Below, in pieces: positions 44,280-54,454 of a stretch of 64,000 nucleotides of DNA (the stretch's first letter is position 1; each line of letters starts with the position of its first letter). The stretch spans positions 416,001 to 480,000 of the forward strand of contig JAWLHY010000001.1 in NCBI GenBank assembly GCA_041690135.1. Direction: 5' to 3'. The notes beneath the pieces are model-generated. The model saw only the letters and a list, made by a program, of their open reading frames with translations. It ran no database searches and was not told where the DNA came from. The position numbers were made by a program, and so were the translations under genes. The DNA is from Armatimonadota bacterium. Its GTDB lineage: Bacteria; Armatimonadota; SYMT01.

Positions 44280-46889
44280 CTAACGGATGAGCTTTTTCTC
44301 CACTCCCCGAGGCGCATGCATCAGCCGCGCGGTGTCCCAGAGGATCACGTTGCCGTCCATCCCTCCGGATGCCAGCCTTCCGCTGCGAGAGTCCCAGGCG
44401 ATCGATAGCGCGCGCTTGGTGTTCTCTTCCCCCTCGAGGCGCTCCTCGCCGGTGGCCGCGTCTACCTGGTGGAACTTCCGGTCGCCGCCCATGTAAAGGA
44501 TCTGCGAGCCGTCCGCACTCCAGGCAAGAGAAAGTGCGAGATAGCGCGGGAGATGGATGGAGGCGCTCATTTCCCCACTCTCGGCATTCCAGAGGTGGAT
44601 GCCGTGGTTGGAAGCCGTAGCCAGCCGGTCGCCGCGCGGACTCCAGGCCAGGGAATGGAGTAAGTTCGGCGCTAGGGGTAGGGAATGCATCGGCTTAAGC
44701 GTCGCGGCATCCCACAGCGAGACCTCAGAGGCCGGAATTCCCAACGACACCGCCAGGCGCGTGCCATCGGGCCGGAGTGCCAGGGCGCGAACCTCCCCGG
44801 CGAGATTGGGTAGCACCCGCACCTGCTTTCCCGCACGGATGTCCCAGACCCGGAGCGTCCGATCTTCCCCGCCGGAGAGAAGTCGCTCCGATGACTGCCA
44901 GGCCAGGGCTAGCACCCGTCCCTGATGACCGCGCATCGTTTTAAGGAGAGCGGACGCCTCCACGTCCCACAGGCGAACGGTCCCATCCGAACCGCCACTC
45001 GCCAGCCGCGAACCGTCCGGACTCCAGGCCACCGTACGCACGTGGCGGTTATGGCCGGCCAGCATCCCCACCAATTCGCCCGATGCAGAGGCGATACTGA
45101 TGCGGCCGTCCCACCCGGCCGCCGCGAGACGGCTTCCGTCTGGGCTCCAGGTTACGGCCGATACGCCGCCGGCATGCCCGTGCACCACGCGTAACTGCGG
45201 CGCCGAGGGCACTTCCGCGGGCGGCAAGAGATCGTCGTACCGCTTCCTGGGGTTCTTAACGCGATAAGCATGCTGGTGGCCGTGAGACGCATGCTGCTGA
45301 ACACCCTTTATCCAGTTCGCGATTTGCTTCCGCTCTTCCGCGGTCCGGAGCACCCGCGGGTAGAGCATGCCGCGAGCATCCCGGCTTTTGAAATTGTAGA
45401 GCACCTCCGCCGCGGCGATGCGGTCGTAACTGTGTTCGAACTCCGTCCGAGCCGTGGTCTCGGCGATCTTCTGGAGCTTGGCCGCATCCCCAAACCACTT
45501 GTCCTGGTAGATTTCGAAACCCCAGAAGAGCGCGCTGGTGCCGGTGCTGCCCAGCTCGATTCCCTTCCAGAGAGCCTGGTCCGCTGTCCGGGCATCACTG
45601 TTGAAGGTCGCCGCGTATGCCAACTCTACCCAGAGATCACCCATGGTGGGATCGAGGGTCACCGCCTGCTGTGCCGCTTCCTGGCGGGCGGCGTAGAGCG
45701 GGCGGAGCAACTCCCATTCCTTTGCGGAAATCCGGTTCACCGTGCGTCCCCTCCGGATGGCCTGCGCCTGGTTGCCCAGGGCCTGCGAAAGGGGGTGCCA
45801 CGCAAGCGCGTTCCGGGTGGCACAGCGAATAGCTTCTTCCTCCAGGTAACGCGTCTGTACCCAGTTCTGCGACAGGGCGGTCAGGTTGGCATAAGCGGAA
45901 CGGATCTGGTAGTTGCCGGATTGCTTCTGAGCCAGTTGCTCAATCCGCTGCGACAGCTTGCCCGCGGTGGAGGAGCCGGAATTGTAGTGACACAGGCCGA
46001 TGGTGCCCCATGCCACGGGATGGTCCGGTACGAGCTGAAGCAGTACCTCGGAACGCCGGGTGATCTCCTCGCCCGACCCGGACGCGAGACCGTCGAATAC
46101 GTACAGCGTGCCCGCGAGAGGAGAAGTGGCCGCGAGACTCGCCAGGCGCGCGGTCTGTTGGGCACTCAGTATCGACCGCTGCGGGCGCGGCAGCCCGCCC
46201 AGCAACTGGAGATCCGCCGGGCTCTCGACCACCCGCTCGCTGACAGCCGGCCGGGGAATTCCAAGACCGGAGCAGAGCTGTCGGGCCATCTGGGGGAGTT
46301 GCGACGCCACCTTCGTCAGTGAGCCGGATACTTTGAGGGAGGGACCTACCGGCCGTTTCGCGGGTACCTCGTAAAGCTGATATTCCAGCGTGCAGCTTTG
46401 GACAGAACCGGAGATACGGCCCACGGCGGCGTGAGTGGCGCCCACCCGCGTGGAGAGGTGTGCCGCCTCTTCCGGCGTCATCCACCCCTTGCGCCGATCC
46501 AGGGCGATCATCACGTCGTTCAGGTTGTCCCATGTGGGCGTCTTCCCCAATTCGGGATGGCCCGCCACCTGGAAATGCAGCCAACGGGAGCAACCTGCCC
46601 CGAAGTCTCGCAGGGGCCGAGGCATCCCGGCGGCTACCGGCTCACACACCACCACCCCGGGGCCATTGTCGAGCTGGATCAGTTCGGAAATGGATCTCGG
46701 CCTGGGGTCGACCGGCGAGGCGCCCCTACCTCCCCCGTTACGCGCGGCCTGCTCGCGAGCATATCGTGGTGTGCCCGGCAGCGCCGGCCGGTCGAGAGGG
46801 TTGCGCAGTCCGGAGCAACCGGCGAGCAGGCCGGTGGCCACGACCGCGCCCAGTACTGCCTTCCAGCCTCGAAGGTTCCCCATGCTCAT
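44280..46889 (-). CDS. Lipoprotein with TolB_N-like/TPR region and C-terminal WD40 propeller
   Basis: LLAGC lipobox, helical repeat middle, about 7 GH...WSPDG...WD repeats. Confidence 0.82.
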   Translation of the reverse strand: MSMGNLRGWKAVLGAVVATGLLAGCSGLRNPLDRPALPGTPRYAREQAARNGGGRGASPVDPRPRSISELIQLDNGPGVVVCEPVAAGMPRPLRDFGAGCSRWLHFQVAGHPELGKTPTWDNLNDVMIALDRRKGWMTPEEAAHLSTRVGATHAAVGRISGSVQSCTLEYQLYEVPAKRPVGPSLKVSGSLTKVASQLPQMARQLCSGLGIPRPAVSERVVESPADLQLLGGLPRPQRSILSAQQTARLASLAATSPLAGTLYVFDGLASGSGEEITRRSEVLLQLVPDHPVAWGTIGLCHYNSGSSTAGKLSQRIEQLAQKQSGNYQIRSAYANLTALSQNWVQTRYLEEEAIRCATRNALAWHPLSQALGNQAQAIRRGRTVNRISAKEWELLRPLYAARQEAAQQAVTLDPTMGDLWVELAYAATFNSDARTADQALWKGIELGSTGTSALFWGFEIYQDKWFGDAAKLQKIAETTARTEFEHSYDRIAAAEVLYNFKSRDARGMLYPRVLRTAEERKQIANWIKGVQQHASHGHQHAYRVKNPRKRYDDLLPPAEVPSAPQLRVVHGHAGGVSAVTWSPDGSRLAAAGWDGRISIASASGELVGMLAGHNRHVRTVAWSPDGSRLASGGSDGTVRLWDVEASALLKTMRGHQGRVLALAWQSSERLLSGGEDRTLRVWDIRAGKQVRVLPNLAGEVRALALRPDGTRLAVSLGIPASEVSLWDAATLKPMHSLPLAPNLLHSLAWSPRGDRLATASNHGIHLWNAESGEMSASIHLPRYLALSLAWSADGSQILYMGGDRKFHQVDAATGEERLEGEENTKRALSIAWDSRSGRLASGGMDGNVILWDTARLMHAPRGVEKKLIR

Positions 46890-46987
46890 CTCACCTCTCT
46901 CCTTTGCTCCGACCGCCTTCGTCCCCACATAGCGGTAAACTGGTTGCCCGTCGCCGCCTCTCCCAACCTGTCTCTACGCCGGCACGC

Positions 46988-48202
46988 TTAACGGCGCCAG
47001 AAGGCCCAAGCGGGACGGGTGTTGCTCTTAACCCGTGGATCCTCGGCGTACTTCCGTTCCCATTCCTTCCACGCCCCACCAGAGGCCGCCGCGCGTACCG
47101 CAGCCATGCAGCGGGCCGCAGCATCCACGGAGCCGTTCCCGGCGAGCGAGCCCGGAGTCGCCTTCGCCAGCAGCGCGTCCGCCAGTCTTCGCGGCTCGGC
47201 AGCGGATTTCAGTAGATCGATCACCACTTCGGGATCGCCGCCCAGAAAAGAACCGACCTGGTGCGGCGCTCGCTCCGCCAGGGCCGCCAACGCCAGGGGA
47301 GCTAGGGGAACTGCGCGCGGCGGGCTGACCCCGTCGTTTCCCGTCTCGCCGCAGATCGCCTGGCGGACCGCCTCGGCTTCCGCCACATTCCCGCTTTTCA
47401 ACGTGCGCGCCAGCCAGCGCACGTAGGCGCCAGCCGACGCCGTCGGCTCCGGCCTTACCGTAGCCGCCTCCAGATCGAAGGTGACGTAGGGGTTCCGCTG
47501 GCTTGGCCCCTCGCTTCCCGAGCGCACCGTGGCGATCCGGAACTGCTGGCGGTGGTGATCGCATGCCCGGTAAAAGTGGGTGGAGAAGGTCACTCCGAGC
47601 CGGTCCTGGGAGGGGAGCGCGAAGAGGAGCGCACCCAGTAACGCCCGGGACTCCGCTTCCGGACCGATCACCAGCCCCGGCTTTTCCGCCAAACCCAGTG
47701 CCGCTCCGACCCAGGCTTCCAGCCACTTCTCCGGAAGACGCTCGAATGCTTGGCTGGGGGCCGGCCGAGATACAGCGCCCAGCACCCTGGGCTCCAGGGC
47801 TCGGGGTGCCAGATCCAAAGACTCCATGGCGGGCCACTCTTGATCGAGAAGCGTAAACGGATCGGCGCCCAGGGCCAGGTACTGATCCTCCGGCAGGACC
47901 CAGTGGTACGCCAGGTAGTTCCCGCTGCGACCCGTGTGACTACTGCCCCAGTCGATGGTCTTACCCACGGCAACGGCGCCGGAAGGTAGGCGAAAGCAGC
48001 TCTCTTTCAAGGGCAGGTCGCCCTGCGCTCTTCGATCCGCGGTCACCTCGTAGTAGGCCGCCATGTCCTCCAGGCGACGCAAGTCGTCCGTGCCGACCAG
48101 GGCCTCGGAAACGGCCACCGTCTGGAACCCGGCGCCCTTCTGGGGAAAGTACCCTTTCTCCACATTTGAAGCCAGGTGCTGAAGTGCCTGCGCGGTAACC
48201 AT
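46988..48202 (-). CDS. GAP1-N2-like (GTPase-associated protein 1) domain protein
   Basis: GAGFQTVAVSE, G..HTGRSGNYLAY, LGVTFST pattern; lies directly downstream of a TRAFAC GTPase. Confidence 0.65.
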   Translation of the reverse strand: MVTAQALQHLASNVEKGYFPQKGAGFQTVAVSEALVGTDDLRRLEDMAAYYEVTADRRAQGDLPLKESCFRLPSGAVAVGKTIDWGSSHTGRSGNYLAYHWVLPEDQYLALGADPFTLLDQEWPAMESLDLAPRALEPRVLGAVSRPAPSQAFERLPEKWLEAWVGAALGLAEKPGLVIGPEAESRALLGALLFALPSQDRLGVTFSTHFYRACDHHRQQFRIATVRSGSEGPSQRNPYVTFDLEAATVRPEPTASAGAYVRWLARTLKSGNVAEAEAVRQAICGETGNDGVSPPRAVPLAPLALAALAERAPHQVGSFLGGDPEVVIDLLKSAAEPRRLADALLAKATPGSLAGNGSVDAAARCMAAVRAAASGGAWKEWERKYAEDPRVKSNTRPAWAFWRR

Positions 48203-48205
48203 CGC

Positions 48206-49129
48206 TTACATCACCCCCGCGGAGCGGAAAATCCAGAAAAGCGGATCGCGCACCCGGAAGGGCGCCGGCTTGCGGGTGAGCCGCAGCTCCACATCCCGGG
48301 TACGGTCACCCCCACACGTACTGCACTGCTGCTGTACATCCATCTCCATGGCGCTGCAATGGGGGCAACGCCAGGAAGGCTGATGGCCAATGGAGGAGAG
48401 GGCGCAGAAACGCGTGTCGGCGGGAACACGATTGATGAAGCCGCGGCCGCCCTGGGCTCCGTCCAGCCACCAATCCCGAAGCATCCGCGAAAGCGTATCC
48501 ATTTCGCGGTGATACTCCGCGAGGCGTTCACCTCGCGGCGGGTCGTCCGGCCAGAGGTCGGCGATCATCTCCGCCCAATCGTTCTCGTGACGCAGTTCGT
48601 CCATCTTCGAAAGGACCACGATGAAGTTCTTCTTATCGCTTCCCGGAACCAGGCGAGAGATCTTGTCGCGGAGATCCGCAGCCTGCAGGGCACGGACGGT
48701 GAAGTCCGTACGGGTAGGATCAAAGAGGAAGAGAATGTCCGTAGCCGCCGGCAGGAAGGGCGCATTCTCCAACAGCCACTCTTCGTCCGACACCGCTTCA
48801 CCTGGAATGTCGTAGAACGTGATCTTCAGACTCTGGCGCTTTCCCTTCAGCGTTGGTATGCCGGTGAATTCCAGCACGGCGGGCTCCGGCGGCGTGCGCG
48901 GGCTGGACGGAGGCAGCGTCATCTTGCTCAGCGTGATTGCGTTTCCGAAGAACACCTCCGCGGCCTTCGGATTAGCGGCCCGTACCGCGTACGGGTGGCG
49001 ATCGTGCGCGAACGACTCCGAGAGCGCAAAGAAGCTGTCCCAGAACAACCCGGCCAAGAACACGGTTTTGCCGTGGTTCGGGTATCCAATGATTACGGCG
49101 GTCCTATCTTTTGGCTTCTGCCACCACAT
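48206..49129 (-). CDS. TRAFAC-clade GTPase (double-GTPase-system type) with C-terminal zinc ribbon
   Basis: G1 GYPNHGKT, G2 Thr (PRT), G3 DIPGE, G4 SKMD, G5 SSIG; CPHC...CSTC; RVRDPLFW terminus. Confidence 0.8.
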   Translation of the reverse strand: MWWQKPKDRTAVIIGYPNHGKTVFLAGLFWDSFFALSESFAHDRHPYAVRAANPKAAEVFFGNAITLSKMTLPPSSPRTPPEPAVLEFTGIPTLKGKRQSLKITFYDIPGEAVSDEEWLLENAPFLPAATDILFLFDPTRTDFTVRALQAADLRDKISRLVPGSDKKNFIVVLSKMDELRHENDWAEMIADLWPDDPPRGERLAEYHREMDTLSRMLRDWWLDGAQGGRGFINRVPADTRFCALSSIGHQPSWRCPHCSAMEMDVQQQCSTCGGDRTRDVELRLTRKPAPFRVRDPLFWIFRSAGVM

Positions 49130-49166
49130 CCCGGAGCCGATCTCCCTGTCAAAGCCGCTTCCGGCT

Positions 49167-50699
49167 TCAATTCCGATCCTCGTAAACGGAATGCTGTATC
49201 GCTCCGTAGGCGCCCAGGCGGTAAAGCGATTGACACACGTCGCAACTGGGGTGGTCTGGCAACTGCTTTTCCAGTTGTTTGAGTACCGCAACCGCCCGTG
49301 CGTCCTCCGTGTGGCCTAACGCTTTAACCACCGAAGTCAAGACTTCCCTGTCGGAGATGGGGAGGGCCCCGATGAGCGCCGACGCCGACCGTCGACCCGC
49401 GCAATGTTCCAGGGCAAGTCCCGCTGCCCGCTGGAGATCCACACTGGGGTCCTTCAAAGCTGCCACCAGGGCGGGCACCACTTCGTCGGTGGGTGGAGCG
49501 AACAGTCCACTCTCCCGATCGGCGAGGTAGATCTCGTTGCCGTTCCAGTTGTGGCTCCGCCGAAATCCGGTGGAGAGCGCCTTGGCCGCCGCCAGCCGCA
49601 CTTCCAGCCGGACATCTCGGATGGCGCCAGCGAGGCCCCGGAGAACTTGCGTGAGGTCAGGAGGCCGCACGCGTTCATAGGAAGGTGGGGATACCTGCTC
49701 ACCGTAGCGGATCGCCTGAACCAGCCGCATCTGCTCGTCGCTGGCGGATTTCGCAATCTCGCCCAGGGATTCTGCCGCGGCAACCCGCACCCTAAGCTCC
49801 CGGTCGCGCAGCGCCGCCACTACCGGCTGTACGGCCGACGCGTCGGCAGACATTCCCAGGGCCACGACCGCGGCCTCCCGGATACTTGCCTCCTCACTCT
49901 TCAGGTGCCGCACCAGCACCGGAAGGACCTGCGGAACCACGTTCCGAATGAACGTGCTGACGGAAGTAAGATCTTGACGGTCCTGCGTCGCGGCCATGGC
50001 CAGCAACAATGGAGTGACGGCCCGTTCATCGAAGTGGTCCTGAAAGTAGTAGCGAGCCGCCGAACGCACGGAACTATCCGAGTCCCGCATCGCCGTCAGC
50101 AACATCGGCACACTGGAGGGATCCGGGTGCGCCCGGAGCGCGTAGACCGCCCTGGCCCGCACGCTGGCGTTCGGGTCGGTAACCGCGGCTTGAATGGGCG
50201 CCAACGGCACCGGCCTGCAGTCCTTGATGATAGCGAGTGCGGCCGCCTTGACTTCCGGGTCCGTATCGCGAGCTGACGCGGCGAGTGCGTAGCCTGCCCG
50301 ATGTCCGCCTATCTGGAAGAGTAATTGAGGAAAGCGCGCCGGGAGCAGTCCCAGCGCGGCCGTGGCCAGGAGAAGCTCGCAGGCGATGATTCCCGCTGCG
50401 AAAAGTCCGGCGACCGAGTGGAGCACCTGCATCCAGTTCCGGCTCTTCTCGCGCAGCACCAGCAGCGCAAGGATGACGGCGGCAGCTAGGGGCAGCCCAA
50501 CCAGAATGTCGCCCACCAGGGCGGGATAACTCCGCTTGACCACCCAGTAGCCCACCCCGCCAAGCAAGGCCGCGCCCGCCAGTCCCAACCGCTGAACGAG
50601 CCGGGCGGCTTGGGGAGCTTCCAGTCGCACTCCCCAACGGAACAGGGGAATGGCGAGAATGCCTCCGGCAAGCGTACCCACGATCAAAGCCAGCGTCAT
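49167..50699 (-). CDS. Multi-TM protein with HEAT/PBS-lyase repeats
   Basis: About 4 N-terminal TM helices; repeated D....VR..A..ALG units. Confidence 0.85.
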   Translation of the reverse strand: MTLALIVGTLAGGILAIPLFRWGVRLEAPQAARLVQRLGLAGAALLGGVGYWVVKRSYPALVGDILVGLPLAAAVILALLVLREKSRNWMQVLHSVAGLFAAGIIACELLLATAALGLLPARFPQLLFQIGGHRAGYALAASARDTDPEVKAAALAIIKDCRPVPLAPIQAAVTDPNASVRARAVYALRAHPDPSSVPMLLTAMRDSDSSVRSAARYYFQDHFDERAVTPLLLAMAATQDRQDLTSVSTFIRNVVPQVLPVLVRHLKSEEASIREAAVVALGMSADASAVQPVVAALRDRELRVRVAAAESLGEIAKSASDEQMRLVQAIRYGEQVSPPSYERVRPPDLTQVLRGLAGAIRDVRLEVRLAAAKALSTGFRRSHNWNGNEIYLADRESGLFAPPTDEVVPALVAALKDPSVDLQRAAGLALEHCAGRRSASALIGALPISDREVLTSVVKALGHTEDARAVAVLKQLEKQLPDHPSCDVCQSLYRLGAYGAIQHSVYEDRN

Positions 50700-51652
50700 A
50701 CCGCACCTCCCTGCCCAACTCTTGGAGCCTCCGCCGCGGCAACCTCCACCGTTCCCGGATCTTCACTGCCTCGTGACCGCCGAGGATCCGCGATCGAGTC
50801 CGGACCCAGGAACGCTTCCGCAGGGACCCGGTACTCCACCTCACCGAACCGAGACGATAGTAGGCGCTGTGCGGCGGGATCGAGCTCCGCGGCTGCAACG
50901 CGAACCCGGATAGCGGCGAGACGGTCCTCCGAAAGCTCAGCTCGGCTTACCAGGTGATCGATAATCTGCCCCAACCGGAGGGGATCACCCTCGGAGATCC
51001 ACACGGAAGTCAAACCATGTACGGCGTGGCTCCGGGGGAGCACATCCTGCTCCCGTGTCAGGTCTTCCAGGCAGAGGTTCCACTCCACTAGGCCCTCACG
51101 CTCCCGCGCAAAGCACCGCACGCCCGCAACCGTCCTGGTTTCGGCCTCGCCTCGCGCAGCTAACTCGAGAAAGTCGTGCGCCGTCACCGCTCCGTGGACC
51201 ACCACTTTGCGCTCGTGGAGCTGCCCGGCGTCGCCAGTAGCCCGGCACTGTCCGCAGTAAGCGTGCAGGCGATCGGCGCCGGACTCCGACCACTTGGCGC
51301 CGCAGTGCGGGCAACGACAGCCTAACAGTTCGCCCCCCAGGGCCGCGCGCGGATCGACTTCCTGCCCGCAGGAGTTGCATGCATAGCGAAACTCATCGCG
51401 GTGTAGGCAAGCGGGGCAGAGAAAAGCGTGCTCCGACCGCCGGTGTCGCGCCCGCTCGCGAGCCACGGACCGGTTCACCAGGGCCCATCCGCTCCCCATC
51501 AATCCCAGCAGCAGCCCCAGGTAACCGGCAATCCCTATCCAGCCCAGGGAGGGGCTCTCCCGCTGCAGACCCACCAGGAGCGCAATCAGGACCGGAAGCC
51601 ACCAGAGTTGCGTCAGGATGCGTAGCGCCGGGTTTCGCAACAGTAACTGCAT
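50696..51652 (-). CDS. TM + multi-zinc-ribbon protein, possible inactive GTPase partner
   Basis: Two TM helices; CPAC, CNSC, CPHC, CGQC; following alpha/beta region lacks GKT. Confidence 0.7.
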   Translation of the reverse strand: MQLLLRNPALRILTQLWWLPVLIALLVGLQRESPSLGWIGIAGYLGLLLGLMGSGWALVNRSVARERARHRRSEHAFLCPACLHRDEFRYACNSCGQEVDPRAALGGELLGCRCPHCGAKWSESGADRLHAYCGQCRATGDAGQLHERKVVVHGAVTAHDFLELAARGEAETRTVAGVRCFAREREGLVEWNLCLEDLTREQDVLPRSHAVHGLTSVWISEGDPLRLGQIIDHLVSRAELSEDRLAAIRVRVAAAELDPAAQRLLSSRFGEVEYRVPAEAFLGPDSIADPRRSRGSEDPGTVEVAAAEAPRVGQGGAV

Positions 51653-51661
51653 GTTCTGCCT

Positions 51662-53203
51662 CTAATGTCTATGCGGTCGCGCTAGCTCGCGCGCAAGCTG
51701 GAGAATTTGCCCCGCTTCCTTTTGCACGTCTTCCAGGCGTCGCGCTTGCTCGGAGCTCAATTCTTCCGCACCGTGTTTTCCTCGCGACAGCATCAACCGC
51801 GCGGAGCTCTGTGCCAGCTTCGCGTAGCGGACCGCCTCCTCGCCATTCCGGTACTCCAGTAAAGTACGAGCGAGAAGCGCCAGCCACTCCGGTTGCTCGA
51901 CGGGAGGGGCATGGCGCAAGGCAGCCAGCGCATATCGCTCTGCCTCGCTCAGGTTCAGGTCTTGGCGGTGGTAATCGAACAGGTAGCGGGCTGCCGCCGG
52001 GGCTAAGGGACTGTCGGGGTATTCGGTCAACAGGCTGACCGCCACGCCTGAACGGAGTTGATCATCGATCTGGGTGGTGGCAGGATCGAGTAAAGAAGCC
52101 AGAAACTCCGCGGAGATCCCGTACTTGAGGGCGCTGATTTGCGGAGATGAATAGTTGCCGCTCGCTTGGGAGAACCAGAGGCGGAGCTCCGCATTGAGCT
52201 CCCGGGTCAGTGCCGGAGCCCACACGCTGTGGGGCCACCTGTCAACGGCGTACCGCAGTTGTTCGAGACGCCGCGCGGCGACATCCGCCGCCTTCTCACG
52301 CCGGCCCTCACCGACATAGGCCGCGTATGCCGGCCCGAACAGACGAGCTGCGGGGAGGGGGCGGAAGTGCTCCAGATGCTGCCCCAATTGTACCGGGGTA
52401 ACTCCCAGATCCCAGCCGGCGATGATGGTGCCAAGCGTAAGCGCGGTCACCAGCCCGCTCACCCGTTCCACGGCCAGAATGCCGGCCGTCAGCACCAGTA
52501 GGTGAGCCGGCGTGGCAGCGAGGCGAGGACGGATGGAAGCGGGGATCAGCCGCAGGTGGATGGCCCACAAGACAGCACACGCCCCGGACAGCACCATCTT
52601 GTTCAGGGGCCATAGCTGGTGGAAAATATCACGATCGGCCACAGCCCGGTAACTCCAGAGCGAGAAGAGCGGGTTCTCCGCGAAGCTCCAGAGCGCCGAA
52701 CTGAGCCAGAGGACGAGTGCCAGAACCATTCCGGCCGCGGCGCTCCGGAAATAGGAGGCGGTGAGACTGGCCAGAAGAGCAAGGAACGTGGCGCCCGGAA
52801 GCGCTCCCAACAACGGCGTAACTACATCGGAGCCGGCCCCGAGAAAGCTCACGGCCACCACTCCGCACAGACCCACCACCAGGCCGAAGCCCAGGCTGGT
52901 CAGGATCCGGAGAGCCAGAGCCCGGCCGCGACCACTTCCTTTTCCGCAGAGGAGGGCATCCAACCCCGAACGCTCGGAGTCGGCCGCCAACCGTCCCGCA
53001 CACAAGGCGGCAACGAGCGACGGAAAACCCTCCGCCACCCAAACTGGGGCATCGGCATCCTTTGAGAGCAGGGCCACGAGCGCGGGCGCACCCAGAATTG
53101 CGATGGCTGCGCCCGCCCATAACGAAGGCCGCCAGAGGGAAGCCAGGCTGATCCACCAGTACTTCCAAACAGAGGGATCCGAACGCGTCTGGGTCGCTGT
53201 CAT
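51662..53203 (-). CDS. ABC-2-like permease fused to C-terminal TPR-like domain
   Basis: About 7 TM helices then helical repeats (RWPHSVWA, EYPDSPLAP, EEAVRY). Confidence 0.7.
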   Translation of the reverse strand: MTATQTRSDPSVWKYWWISLASLWRPSLWAGAAIAILGAPALVALLSKDADAPVWVAEGFPSLVAALCAGRLAADSERSGLDALLCGKGSGRGRALALRILTSLGFGLVVGLCGVVAVSFLGAGSDVVTPLLGALPGATFLALLASLTASYFRSAAAGMVLALVLWLSSALWSFAENPLFSLWSYRAVADRDIFHQLWPLNKMVLSGACAVLWAIHLRLIPASIRPRLAATPAHLLVLTAGILAVERVSGLVTALTLGTIIAGWDLGVTPVQLGQHLEHFRPLPAARLFGPAYAAYVGEGRREKAADVAARRLEQLRYAVDRWPHSVWAPALTRELNAELRLWFSQASGNYSSPQISALKYGISAEFLASLLDPATTQIDDQLRSGVAVSLLTEYPDSPLAPAAARYLFDYHRQDLNLSEAERYALAALRHAPPVEQPEWLALLARTLLEYRNGEEAVRYAKLAQSSARLMLSRGKHGAEELSSEQARRLEDVQKEAGQILQLARELARPHRH

Positions 53204-53206
53204 GCC

Positions 53207-54454
53207 TTACTCCCTCGTTTGCGCCACCAGGGCCGCTACCTGGTTCCGGAGTATCCCGGCCTCCAACCTGCCCTCGTGCCGGATCTGCCGTACGATGCGT
53301 TGCCGGTCCGTCACCACCAGCAGCGGCAACTCCGCGGCTTGATAGGCCCGCATCACCGCAGAGGCCGGAGCCCGATCGGAGGCGGTGGCGCTGGTGTCCA
53401 GTCCAATGGGGAAACGGTACTCGCCAACGCGCGCGATGGCCCACCGGTCCGCGACATTGGGGCTGATGCAAACCCCCAACGGCTGCACTCCTTCGGTTCC
53501 GAATTCGCGCTGAACGCTTTGCAGTGCTTCCAGCGAGGCGACCGCTTCCGGGTCGCTGGCGGAGAACAAGAGAACCAGCAGGATCTTTCCGGGGTAGTCG
53601 GCGGTGCGAAGAATGCCGCCCCGACCGTCTGGCAGACTCAGTCCCGGTATCCGGTCACCCACTCGCAGTTCCTGGGCCTCCATCCGGCGCCACCATGTAG
53701 CCGTGACTTCGGTGTGCGTGGGACGGCCGCGATAGGCCAGGGCGGCACTCCCGAATACCGACATCGCCAGCGCACCCAGAACCGCCGCGGTCGTCCAATG
53801 CCGGTACGGTTCGCCCCGCCTACTGCGCTCCAGAATGAGAGCGACTCCGACCACACCCAGGACCACCAGCAGCAGCCAGGCACCACTGTTCTGGGCGTAG
53901 GCCGCCGAGATTCCCCACCGGCGGAACGCCGGATCGAGAACGAACCAGCCGATAGTGGCGAGGATTCCCGCGGGCGGCCACCGTAACGCTCGGGTGGCCG
54001 TGAACGCCAGGGTGACCAGAATGATCACCTGAGTTGCGGCCCGGCCCATGGCAGCGAGCGGGCTAAGCAGACCGGTAGCGCCGCTCGCTGCGAAAATGGC
54101 CACCGGCATCAGGAAGCCCCCTGCAAGCAGCACCAGCCAGAGCCCAATTCCACAGACCCAGTCCACCAGCAGGCGCTGTGCCCCGTCTCCCGGTTTTGCG
54201 CGAAACAGAGCACCCTGGTCCTTTCCTCCGTGCAGATCAGTAGCCGCGCGAGTGGTGACCCAGACCCCACCCGCCAATCCGTAAAGACTGCCGAGCCAAT
54301 CCCCCAGCGCAATAGAGGCATAGGCAGGACTGTTCCGGAGAAGGACGGCCGCCAGGCCGGTCAGGATCGCCGCAGCCAGTGCCGGACGGCGCAGTGAGGA
54401 ATTCCGCAACTCATGGACCAATCCCAACCGGAGCAACTGCAGCAGGCGCTGCAT
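53207..54454 (-). CDS. ABC-2-like permease fused to TlpA/redoxin-fold domain lacking CxxC
   Basis: Multiple TM helices; LRVGDRIP.LSLPD..G..L..ADYPGK.LL..F, FPIGLD, YQAAELPLLVVTDRQ.IVR; active-site position reads FSASDPEA. Start uncertain. Confidence 0.72.
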   Translation of the reverse strand: MQRLLQLLRLGLVHELRNSSLRRPALAAAILTGLAAVLLRNSPAYASIALGDWLGSLYGLAGGVWVTTRAATDLHGGKDQGALFRAKPGDGAQRLLVDWVCGIGLWLVLLAGGFLMPVAIFAASGATGLLSPLAAMGRAATQVIILVTLAFTATRALRWPPAGILATIGWFVLDPAFRRWGISAAYAQNSGAWLLLVVLGVVGVALILERSRRGEPYRHWTTAAVLGALAMSVFGSAALAYRGRPTHTEVTATWWRRMEAQELRVGDRIPGLSLPDGRGGILRTADYPGKILLVLLFSASDPEAVASLEALQSVQREFGTEGVQPLGVCISPNVADRWAIARVGEYRFPIGLDTSATASDRAPASAVMRAYQAAELPLLVVTDRQRIVRQIRHEGRLEAGILRNQVAALVAQTRE

